From: a virus
Taxonomy: Duplodnaviria; Caudoviricetes
Length of the DNA stretch: 40,709 nt
Reading direction: 5' to 3' (one strand)
IMG/VR virus record: IMGVR_UViG_3300025301_000030
Location: 1-40,709 of that record
The notes below the pieces were generated by a model. That model searched no databases, was not told the origin of the DNA, and saw only the letters and a list, made by a program, of their open reading frames with translations. The position numbers were made by a program, and so were the translations under genes. Numbering within the stretch: the first letter of the stretch is position 1; each line of letters begins with the position of its first letter. This document shows, piece after piece, positions 1 to 6,611 of the stretch.

Positions 1-382
1 GAAGGACAACGATAGAGTCCTGGCTGAGCCTTGCGACCTTACCAAGCACTCCCTCTTGCCTTACAAGGGCAGCATCACCAGCAACAGCAGCGCATACATC
101 AACACCGACAAACAACTCATCGGCATCGCTCCAGGCATGGAACTGGTATGCAACAAAGCGTGCGTTAACAATCTTAGCGACTGCATCGGCAAGTGCAGAC
201 TTACCAACTCCAGGTGGCCCTTCAAGGATTACAGTCTTAGATCCTCCAGCAGCAACGATGTCTACGCCGAAGGCATCAACAAGGCTCATTACTTCATCGC
301 GACGTGGCAGATAGCCGACATCTTGCAGCGCTTTAGTAACCTCCTCTTTGCTAGAGAAATCTATTCCAGTGTGTTCAGTCAT
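1..382 (-). CDS. MoxR/CoxD-like AAA+ ATPase, 3'-truncated by the window edge
   Basis: Not in the ORF track. Manual translation from ATG at 382 gives MTEHTGIDFSSKEEVTKALQDVGYLPRRDE...TVILEGPPGVGKSALADAVAK...YQFHAWSDADELF...SIVVL, with Walker A (GPPGVGKS). The frame stays open to the edge, ending in the hydrophobic strand expected before Walker B. Confidence 0.85.
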   Translation of the reverse strand, partial: MTEHTGIDFSSKEEVTKALQDVGYLPRRDEVMSLVDAFGVDIVAAGGSKTVILEGPPGVGKSALADAVAKIVNARFVAYQFHAWSDADELFVGVDVCAAVAGDAALVRQEGVLGKVARLSQDSIVVL

Positions 383-437
383 AACTTGTTCCCATTCCCC
401 CAATTAAAATCATAAAAAGGATAAATCCGAGCGCCAT
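375..437 (-). CDS. Candidate 20-aa hydrophobic micro-protein
   Basis: MALGFILFMILIGGMGTSYD. SD GAGGAG lies 5 nt upstream, and the stop overlaps the ATPase start (ATGACTGA). Confidence 0.5.
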   Translation of the reverse strand: MALGFILFMILIGGMGTSYD

Positions 438-454
438 GTTCGCTCCTCTCATAA

Positions 455-485
455 ACAAAAAAGCCCCCCAAAACGGGAGGCTTTC
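455..485 (-). terminator. Rho-independent terminator
   Basis: Minus strand reads AAAGCCTCCC-GTTTT-GGGGGGCTTTTTTGTTT: a GC-rich stem plus U-tract just after the gene ending at 505. Confidence 0.8.
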
Positions 486-504
486 TTGCTTGGTTAGTGG
501 TTAG

Positions 505-738
505 TTATTCTCTTTCGAGAATCCTCATCCCTGGGTTCACCGCTGCATATGTATTAGCGAGTTCGATAAGGGTTACATCCTTCCAGTCCTTAAAGTTTCC
601 AGGGTCCAACATCGATAGCTCGGCATGCAAGTCGTTGGCTATCTTTGACATTCTTTTGTACGACAATGGGTCGTAGTGCCTTGTAAACAATCCCTTATCC
701 CTAAGGGCTTGGAAGAAGCTGTCTCGCCATTCACTCAT
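505..738 (-). CDS. Hypothetical phage protein (77 aa)
   Basis: Track ORF 505..828 with the start moved to ATG 738 (MSEWRDSFF). SD is GGGGAG and the start overlaps the end of the upstream gene. Confidence 0.65.
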   Translation of the reverse strand: MSEWRDSFFQALRDKGLFTRHYDPLSYKRMSKIANDLHAELSMLDPGNFKDWKDVTLIELANTYAAVNPGMRILERE

Positions 739-904
739 CACCGGGCTCCCCAACAATTTCGGTAAGGAAAATGATTTTCTTGAGGAGTTCATCGACCAAT
801 TCCCTGAGCATCCGAATGGTGTTTTCATGAATGTTAATTCGCTCAGATTTCAGCTTCAACATTTCAACCAGTTGCTCTCGGCTAGCTTCATTTGGCTCAC
901 CCAT
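731..904 (-). CDS. Hypothetical coiled-coil protein (57 aa)
   Basis: Manual translation MGEPNEASREQLVEMLKLKSERINIHENTIRMLRELVDELLKKIIFLTEIVGEPGDE. It fills the gap with 8-nt overlaps on both sides. Confidence 0.65.
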   Translation of the reverse strand: MGEPNEASREQLVEMLKLKSERINIHENTIRMLRELVDELLKKIIFLTEIVGEPGDE

Positions 905-1211
905 CGTTGTAATCCGGCGAGATTGCTACCAAGATGTCGAACACCTCATCAAAGGACGTTTCCTTGCAGAGATCGCGAAGCAGGTCTTCAACCTCGCACT
1001 GGCTAATCAACTCACCAGCAAGAATCCCCGTATCAACAGTGACCGAGTCGGTATTGGCGCTGATACACGCACTTTCAACGATGTAATCAGTGTCAATGCA
1101 GATTTCATGCTCTCCAACTTCTCCAAGATCAACGCAGTGTTCGTAGTAGCAAGCGTTTGATTCCAGGCCAGAGTCAATTTCCTCAAAGTTATAGAGAGTT
1201 ACGCTACCCAT
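897..1211 (-). CDS. Highly acidic hypothetical protein (104 aa)
   Basis: Start moved to ATG 1211 (MGSVTLYNF) behind SD AGGAGG. Contains 25 D/E against 2 K/R. Confidence 0.7.
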   Translation of the reverse strand: MGSVTLYNFEEIDSGLESNACYYEHCVDLGEVGEHEICIDTDYIVESACISANTDSVTVDTGILAGELISQCEVEDLLRDLCKETSFDEVFDILVAISPDYNDG

Positions 1212-1413
1212 TTGACTGAACCTCCTGGTCGAAAAGACTGTTGTTGGTTTTGAATGAAGGGGGATCGCAGGAAAGTATCTCAGCATTTTCATGCTTGAAA
1301 GAGCATCCCTTGGATTTGAAGTGGGCGTTACAAACGAACGCCCACTCTCCACTGTTGCCGGGGATGAAGGCATCGAAGGACGCCTTTCTATCGCAGAAAT
1401 TACAGCGGTCCAT
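1204..1413 (-). CDS. Small putative zinc-binding protein
   Basis: CNFC ... W-x3-CNAH motif. SD GAGGTG, coupled to the upstream stop (TAATG). Confidence 0.7.
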   Translation of the reverse strand: MDRCNFCDRKASFDAFIPGNSGEWAFVCNAHFKSKGCSFKHENAEILSCDPPSFKTNNSLFDQEVQSNG

Positions 1414-2108
1414 TACTTGATCACCTCGTCATTCGTTTCGAGGCACTGGAGAGAATCAATCCACTCGTAGTCGCTGAAACCCTCATCGAAATCAATGGGC
1501 TCCAGGGCACGGTCATCCTCCATATCGCAGGCATAATCAACAGCAGATTGAAAGTGATAGGCACCATCATCCTGCTCACGGCTAAGAATCCACTCTGCGA
1601 TATCAATGTCGTTGATTGCTTCACTGTAATCGTAGAGAGCATCAATAAGCTCATCGCGAAGGGTATGAATCATTCCGTCAATAACATCGTGGATGCTCTC
1701 GGGGATCTGCTCAGCCTTGTATTCGCCCTTACGTGGATCAGCAGCCTTCATTCTAGTGGGGCCGACTCCCTGGAGAATTGCAGCGGAAATGATTTGCCAT
1801 GCAATATCCGCAGATTCATGGACGGTGCGGAGTCGGAATGCCTCCTGGTCCCGTACCATCTTTGCGGTAGCAACTTCGCCCTTAGCACGACTGATACTCA
1901 AGGGAAGATCAAACTCCTTAGCCTCATCCAGGCTGTACTCTACGGGCTCAGCAACAAGGACATCGGCGGAATCAGGAACCTCATCCATGAAGTCGAGATT
2001 CAGTTCAGCATCGGGGTCGCTCCCCCAGTCTGGGCTTGCTCCAGTAAAGCTATTCATAAACTCCTTAATTGAGTGGAAAGAAAACCTGCTTTTAGATGGT
2101 GTAGTCAC
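1413..2108 (-). CDS. Acidic hypothetical protein (231 aa)
   Basis: GTG start behind SD AGGAGG. Helical, D/E-rich and in operon order. Confidence 0.75.
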   Translation of the reverse strand: MTTPSKSRFSFHSIKEFMNSFTGASPDWGSDPDAELNLDFMDEVPDSADVLVAEPVEYSLDEAKEFDLPLSISRAKGEVATAKMVRDQEAFRLRTVHESADIAWQIISAAILQGVGPTRMKAADPRKGEYKAEQIPESIHDVIDGMIHTLRDELIDALYDYSEAINDIDIAEWILSREQDDGAYHFQSAVDYACDMEDDRALEPIDFDEGFSDYEWIDSLQCLETNDEVIK

Positions 2109-2202
2109 CGCAACCTCCTGTTGTTATTAGTTATCAAAGAATGCTCTGAATGAGCATATGGGAGTGCAGGATCGAAACCCTGAACTCCGATGCACTCACT
2201 GC

Positions 2203-2490
2203 TTATCGGTATAGAACCAGTGAACAGAAAGATAGGTCGTCCAACACCCCATCAAAGTCCAGATCCCCGGAGGAAATGGCATTAACGATAGCGTCGAGAC
2301 TCCTACCGTAGTCCCTGGCATTGATGCAGCCCTTATCGGCAATAGCCTTCATTCCAGGGCGAAGCGTTGTAGCAATGAAAGTCTTAATGCCGTTAAGATC
2401 CATTGCGTTATATCCGCCTTCTGGTATTCCCAAATCAAAAAGATCATCGGCCGTTTTGATCGCCAGTTCGTTGAGTTCGTTACTGTTCAC
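2203..2490 (-). CDS. Hypothetical phage protein (95 aa)
   Basis: GTG start with GAGG upstream, tightly packed in the leftward operon. Confidence 0.65.
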   Translation of the reverse strand: MNSNELNELAIKTADDLFDLGIPEGGYNAMDLNGIKTFIATTLRPGMKAIADKGCINARDYGRSLDAIVNAISSGDLDFDGVLDDLSFCSLVLYR

Positions 2491-2499
2491 ATCAAACCT

Positions 2500-2841
2500 C
2501 TAGTTAAATTGTGGGTTAAAGGAATCGCCTCGTGTCCAGGGACAATCGGCACATTCGTAAAGCTCATTAGGGTTCCAACTGAAGTCATCAGCGTCACCGT
2601 CAAGCTGCCCAGCCGCCCTATCACAAGCACCCTCTAGGTTCCTAAGCAGCGGCGAGCTGTAGAACAGTGTGTCGTCTATGAAATGACAGTTCATGAACTT
2701 TCTTCCATGTTCACTGCCAACGTCCCAGACCTCAATCCGGCGACCATCACAGTCAATGTCAAAGAAAACGCATGCAAGTTTGCCGACGTCCCTCCCCTCC
2801 TCTTTGTACTCTTTTATCAACGCTTCAATTGAGTGCGCCAT
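2500..2841 (-). CDS. Hypothetical phage protein, first gene of the leftward early operon
   Basis: SD AAGGAGG, directly downstream of the predicted promoter. Confidence 0.7.
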   Translation of the reverse strand: MAHSIEALIKEYKEEGRDVGKLACVFFDIDCDGRRIEVWDVGSEHGRKFMNCHFIDDTLFYSSPLLRNLEGACDRAAGQLDGDADDFSWNPNELYECADCPWTRGDSFNPQFN

Positions 2842-2903
2842 TTTTCCGCAACCTCCTTGTTATGAATAAATACTGGGGACAGACCGCTCCCAGCGACTCG
2901 AAC

Positions 2904-2932
2904 AAGGTAGACCGACGCTGTTCGCCTGTCAA
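2904..2932 (-). promoter_or_regulatory. Sigma70-type promoter (leftward early)
   Basis: TTGACA (2932-2927), 17-nt spacer, TACCTT (2909-2904). Confidence 0.7.
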
Positions 2933-3050
2933 GCTGACGCCAAAAGGCCAGTGATTCCGGGGGCTTACGGCGATGACCACCCAGACGGCATCGACACCCT
3001 CCCTATATATATCGCGGGCGCGCATGCGGGCGGGTGCGGGCGCGCGCGCA

Positions 3051-3073
3051 CTTAGAGGCTTACAGCCTCTAAG
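3051..3073. repeat. Perfect inverted repeat (10-bp stem, 3-nt loop)
   Basis: CTTAGAGGCT-TAC-AGCCTCTAAG. Confidence 0.9.
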
Positions 3074-3146
3074 CACCCGTGACGAGCGCCAGCGAGTGCT
3101 GCGATTCCCGGTGGTGGCGACGGGGAGGGCACCCGTGACCAGCGCC
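3073..3146 (+). repeat. 18-bp direct repeat pair
   Basis: GCACCCGTGAC(G/C)AGCGCC at 3073-3090 and 3129-3146. Confidence 0.85.
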
Positions 3147-3191
3147 GTGACCCCCTCGACGGCAGAGCAGTGGCACAGTCAGCCTGTCAGC

Positions 3192-3220
3192 TTGACAAGC
3201 TCCCTGAGCTGTGCAATGAT
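3192..3220 (+). promoter_or_regulatory. Sigma70-type promoter (rightward early)
   Basis: TTGACA (3192-3197), 17-nt spacer, AATGAT with a TGn extension. Shares the 12-mer GTCAGCTTGACA with the leftward promoter. Confidence 0.65.
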
Positions 3221-3303
3221 CGGCTCACCGTGTCACCAGCAGTGGCACCAGAAGTTGTGCCGGATGTTCCGGTCAACATCATTAACAACGAACGGAGGTG
3301 CAT

Positions 3304-3573
3304 ATGAGTTTTGACCTTGGAAGAATTATGACTACCCCAGGAGCATTGGAGTTGCTCGGGGTTCACAAGACAACAGTAGCTAGCCTGCTTAGCCGACACA
3401 TTCAAGGGGATTGGGGCGACCTTGATGATGAGGACGTGCAGACGAACAACGATGCCTTGAAGTTGGGCAACCGAATCCTCTCCTCGTACAAGTTCCCTCT
3501 AGGTGAAAAGGTATGGGTCATCACGGAGTCTGATCGCTCTGCTACTACCCTTCTTCTCCCGGAGGAGTACTGA
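3304..3573 (+). CDS. Conserved 'plasmid-related' small protein
   Basis: Signature F-x-LG-x3-TPGA ... L-x-RH-x2-GDWGD ... N-x2-AL-x2-G-x-RILSSY ... WVITE-x-DRS-x-TTLLLPEEY, a family I recall as common on plasmids, ICEs and phages. SD GGAGG before ATG 3304. Confidence 0.85.
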   Translation: MSFDLGRIMTTPGALELLGVHKTTVASLLSRHIQGDWGDLDDEDVQTNNDALKLGNRILSSYKFPLGEKVWVITESDRSATTLLLPEEY

Positions 3574-3851
3574 TGGATAAAAAGGAAATGGCTGCTGAGT
3601 TATTCAATAGCTGGCGTGGTCAGTACATCATTAGTCAGGCTCTCTACAAAGCTATACAGGTAATGGAGAAGGTTGAGCCCCCTGTCATGAGAGAGCTATC
3701 AAACATAGAAGACATGAAGCTGATCATGGAGCAACTGTTCCCAATGTTCATGGCAATAGCGAAAGCCCAAGAGTCGGTGGGTGGGCCCGACTTCTGGAAG
3801 CGCATGGACATTGTTCAGTCGAACATTCAGCCAGAGAAGGAGGAGGCATGA
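3573..3851 (+). CDS. Hypothetical phage protein (92 aa)
   Basis: TGATG coupling with the upstream gene. Ends PEKEEA in the junction repeat. Confidence 0.75.
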   Translation: MDKKEMAAELFNSWRGQYIISQALYKAIQVMEKVEPPVMRELSNIEDMKLIMEQLFPMFMAIAKAQESVGGPDFWKRMDIVQSNIQPEKEEA

Positions 3852-4075
3852 AACAGTACACGATTGAGATATGCCCGGAGGACGGAGACGTTCAGCAGTG
3901 GAAGGAGGGACTGCATTTTGACCCCACGTCACCATCCCTACAGGTGCAGGCGTTTATCCGCAGAGTTGCCAGGGAGAAGAAGGCGACGTTCCGAACAATA
4001 GACACAGAGGCGGAGCCTCACTACGAGGGCTGGCTTCGTTATGAGATCAACATCTGCCCGGAGGAGGAAGCATGA
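3848..4075 (+). CDS. Hypothetical phage protein (75 aa)
   Basis: Strong SD and ATGA overlap. Ends PEEEA. Confidence 0.7.
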   Translation: MKQYTIEICPEDGDVQQWKEGLHFDPTSPSLQVQAFIRRVAREKKATFRTIDTEAEPHYEGWLRYEINICPEEEA

Positions 4076-4284
4076 CTCGAATCGAATGTCCAAGCGAAGC
4101 ATGGGATAGTTATGTCACTCAGCATGAAGAAGGCTGCGACGTATGTTGTGAACACATAGACGACTGCGACTGCCCTGAGTGCCCTAAGTGTGGTGGCGTT
4201 GGCGACCCTGAGTGCTACGAGAAGCATGGTCTAGAGCAAGCAAACTGCAACACTTCAGAGAAGGAGGTGCGAGATGAAAAATGA
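4072..4284 (+). CDS. Cys-rich putative zinc-finger protein
   Basis: CDVCCEHIDDCDCPECPKCGGVGDPECYEKHG, with strong SD and ATGA overlap. Confidence 0.75.
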   Translation: MTRIECPSEAWDSYVTQHEEGCDVCCEHIDDCDCPECPKCGGVGDPECYEKHGLEQANCNTSEKEVRDEK

Positions 4285-4618
4285 ACATGTACTAGAGCTA
4301 GTAGAGAAGATTGGTGGAGATGGATGGTCGATCTTCGACGCCAACGATGAGATATTCGCCAACCTGCCAGACGATCTAAAGGACAGGGTCAAGATGGTGC
4401 ATAAGTCAGACGGCACACCAAAGGGAAGCATATGGAAGGACGGAGAGATTCAGCCTCAGATGGAGGGCATCTATGCACTGGACCTTATGGGTCTGCTGGC
4501 TGTCCACGTTGGTGCTGACACCACAGAGGCGAGGAAGAAGATGGGTAGAGGCTTTCGCAGCAGTGCGCTAGCTAAAGCTATCGTAGAGAAGCTGGCACCA
4601 GAGAAGGGGGAAGCATGA
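4274..4618 (+). CDS. Hypothetical phage protein (114 aa)
   Basis: SD AAGGAGGT. Ends PEKGEA. Confidence 0.75.
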   Translation: MKNEHVLELVEKIGGDGWSIFDANDEIFANLPDDLKDRVKMVHKSDGTPKGSIWKDGEIQPQMEGIYALDLMGLLAVHVGADTTEARKKMGRGFRSSALAKAIVEKLAPEKGEA

Positions 4619-5073
4619 GCAATGCAGTAACAACAGAGTCAATACACGAGGAGACAAAGGACGTTCGGACAGAGTGGGCTGCTAGACATTTGCTTGATCT
4701 AAGAGAGGCTTGCAAAAGGATCATCACGGAGGTCGAAGAAGCAACCTTCTCGGGGCCTCTCGATGAGGATGGGTTGATGACATCACCAACAGATCAGCTT
4801 CGCTGGGAGCATGAGCATGACGGGGTAGACCATGCGCGTTGGCTGCTTTTAGTGAATTACTGCGAGTCCGAGCTGGAGCGAAGTCCCGCCGTCCGTGCTG
4901 CTATCAAGCTACTCGACCAGCTTGGTGTCACGTCAAACGAAGCATGGGATGTAGCGATTGACCCAGATACCCCAGGGCACAGGCAGTTTCATATCGCGGT
5001 TGATGATGAATGGGATGCGTGGAAAGAGTATTTCAACAACAACCCGCTCGGGCCGAACAAGGAGGAAGCATGA
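4615..5073 (+). CDS. Hypothetical phage protein (152 aa)
   Basis: ATGA overlap. Ends PNKEEA. Confidence 0.75.
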   Translation: MSNAVTTESIHEETKDVRTEWAARHLLDLREACKRIITEVEEATFSGPLDEDGLMTSPTDQLRWEHEHDGVDHARWLLLVNYCESELERSPAVRAAIKLLDQLGVTSNEAWDVAIDPDTPGHRQFHIAVDDEWDAWKEYFNNNPLGPNKEEA

Positions 5074-5438
5074 CAAAGAAATCAGCAGCCGAATACGAAT
5101 ACGAGGGACGACTTGCTGAGTGGATAGCCGACGACATCGCTGCCTACCCAATGAGCAAGGACGACACAGGGGTTCCCCGGTTTCCCAGAGAAGGAGGAAG
5201 CATGAGCTTCAACGAACTAGACAGCCTGATGATGCATGCAGACATAGCCAACCAGGAGGCCAAAGAGAGGTTTACCTGCGCCGTCTGTGATCCAGACGTA
5301 CCAAACCCCGACGTTGACTGGTGCAACGCCTGTGGAGGAGGTGTGAGTAAGAAGCGAACGCACAGACCAGCACTAGACCCGAACGCCGCCAATCCAAGGG
5401 AGCCGTTTGTGGCGGTGCCCATCAAGGGGGAAACATGA
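5070..5438 (+). CDS. Hypothetical protein with CxxC...CxxC ribbon and a second in-frame start at 5202
   Basis: Start moved to ATG 5070 (SD AAGGAGG). An internal junction repeat provides an in-frame SD and ATG at 5202. Contains CAVC and CNAC. Confidence 0.65.
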   Translation: MTKKSAAEYEYEGRLAEWIADDIAAYPMSKDDTGVPRFPREGGSMSFNELDSLMMHADIANQEAKERFTCAVCDPDVPNPDVDWCNACGGGVSKKRTHRPALDPNAANPREPFVAVPIKGET

Positions 5439-5866
5439 AGTTTGATTTCATACATGTAATGGAGGCTCCGGTAGGGCCAGACAGAGAGAACGAGGAAGGG
5501 GCTATCAGCAAGGAATCAAGGAAGACCGTAAAGGAATGGCTTGATGAGATAGGTAAAGAGTTCGACATGACGTGTCCCAAATGGAGCGCGCTGGAGGCTC
5601 TGGCAGAAACCATTAGCGAGGAAGACCCTGAGCTAACAACACTGTTCGTTGATGATGAGGACGACTCACCCACCATTGAGCAAGCCCAGGAGTTCTTTGG
5701 TGGTGGCTATGTCCAGCTAGTCAGGACATTCACCGGGGCTCAACTGCTGATAGATGAGGATGGGTTGATGAAGGGGCTTCGGGTTAACCCCGTCGCCTCC
5801 TATCTCTACGGTGGGAAGATTGTCGGCAAGGCACTCGTGCTTCAGGGAGAAGCCAAATGGACGTGA
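5435..5866 (+). CDS. DUF3846-like domain protein
   Basis: C-terminal EQAQEFFGGGYVQLV...LLIDEDGLMKGLRVNPVASYLY...IVGKALVL matches the pattern I recall for DUF3846. Confidence 0.7.
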   Translation: MKFDFIHVMEAPVGPDRENEEGAISKESRKTVKEWLDEIGKEFDMTCPKWSALEALAETISEEDPELTTLFVDDEDDSPTIEQAQEFFGGGYVQLVRTFTGAQLLIDEDGLMKGLRVNPVASYLYGGKIVGKALVLQGEAKWT

Positions 5867-6087
5867 GTGATAGCAGCAAGTCGCCATTACGCGGGCTCTA
5901 TATTCAGCACCTCAGTGAGGATGAGATAGACGATATGAGGCAATGGGCCTGGGACAATTACAAACCGGGAGATGCAGTGAAATCATACTGGCACCCGATA
6001 GTTAGGAGGGAATGTGAACGAATCGAGAGAGGCGGCAACACTAAGAATGCTGCCGAAGACAAGCCTGGAAGACCGGCTACCAGTTAG
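5857..6087 (+). CDS. Hypothetical phage protein (76 aa)
   Basis: Overlaps the upstream stop. Contains RQWAWDNYKPG..WHPIVRREC, typical of small phage ORFs. Confidence 0.65.
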   Translation: MDVSDSSKSPLRGLYIQHLSEDEIDDMRQWAWDNYKPGDAVKSYWHPIVRRECERIERGGNTKNAAEDKPGRPATS

Positions 6088-6271
6088 GAAGAACTCAGCC
6101 AGCGCGCTAGAGATTGGCACCGTCTACAAGAATGAAGACGGGGGGTACATCATCAGGCGTGGGGAGAACATCCACTTCCGAATGTCTCCGACCGGATACC
6201 CGTGGGAGGTTGTCGAGGTTGGATACAAGGATCTGAAAGCGCTCATGGCAGACGGTTGGATGGTTGACTGA
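6047..6271 (+). CDS. Hypothetical phage protein
   Basis: Track ORF 6014..6271 with probable ATG at 6047. Ends ALMADGWMVD. Confidence 0.55.
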   Translation: MLPKTSLEDRLPVRKNSASALEIGTVYKNEDGGYIIRRGENIHFRMSPTGYPWEVVEVGYKDLKALMADGWMVD

Positions 6272-6326
6272 GCTACGCGGGACAGATACTGACCCGGCAA
6301 TGAATAAATTAAAGAAAGGAGAACAT

Positions 6327-6611
6327 ATGGAAGACATTAGAAATCATGGGCTGAACCCAGACTGCGTCCCTACCGGGGTGCCGAAGGCAAAGCTAGCTAC
6401 AAGGAAAAGGACCGCAATTGCAGCGGACGTTGAGTGTCCAAACTGCGGGTGCCTACAGATCATGGAGGTAGAGGTTCCCGTAAAGAATAAGCAGCTATCT
6501 GGTGGCAGTGGCGTTGGCTACTACCTCGGATGCCCTGCATGTGCTTGGGCCTCACCAATGATAGCCATTGCAACGTCACAGGGCGGATCAACAGAGGCTA
6601 CGGAGGCATAG
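6327..6611 (+). CDS. Zinc-ribbon protein
   Basis: CPNCG ... CPAC. SD AAAGGAG before ATG 6327 (the track start at 6264 is also possible). Confidence 0.65.
   Translation: MEDIRNHGLNPDCVPTGVPKAKLATRKRTAIAADVECPNCGCLQIMEVEVPVKNKQLSGGSGVGYYLGCPACAWASPMIAIATSQGGSTEATEA

Larger units (their letters stand above)
3831..5438 (+). repeat. Dispersed 21-bp gene-junction repeat, consensus CCAGAGAAGGAGGAAGCATGA (about 7 copies)
   Basis: Copies at 3831-3851, 4598-4618 and 5185-5205 have at most 1 mismatch to consensus. More diverged copies lie at 4058-4075, 4255-4277, 5053-5073 and 5418-5438. Confidence 0.8.

Noticed and set aside
56-415. 119-aa plus-strand ORF
   Set aside because: It is antisense to the AAA+ ATPase, which has a clear Walker A motif.
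2825-3314. ORFs 2825..3076 (-) and 2973..3314 (+)
   Set aside because: They run through the promoter/repeat region, give low-complexity translations and have no SD.
3831-5438. Junction repeats as a CRISPR array or integron attC sites
   Set aside because: Spacing is gene-sized and irregular, the repeats are not palindromic, and no cas1 or integrase is present. The Cas4-like gene is explained as the RecT partner.
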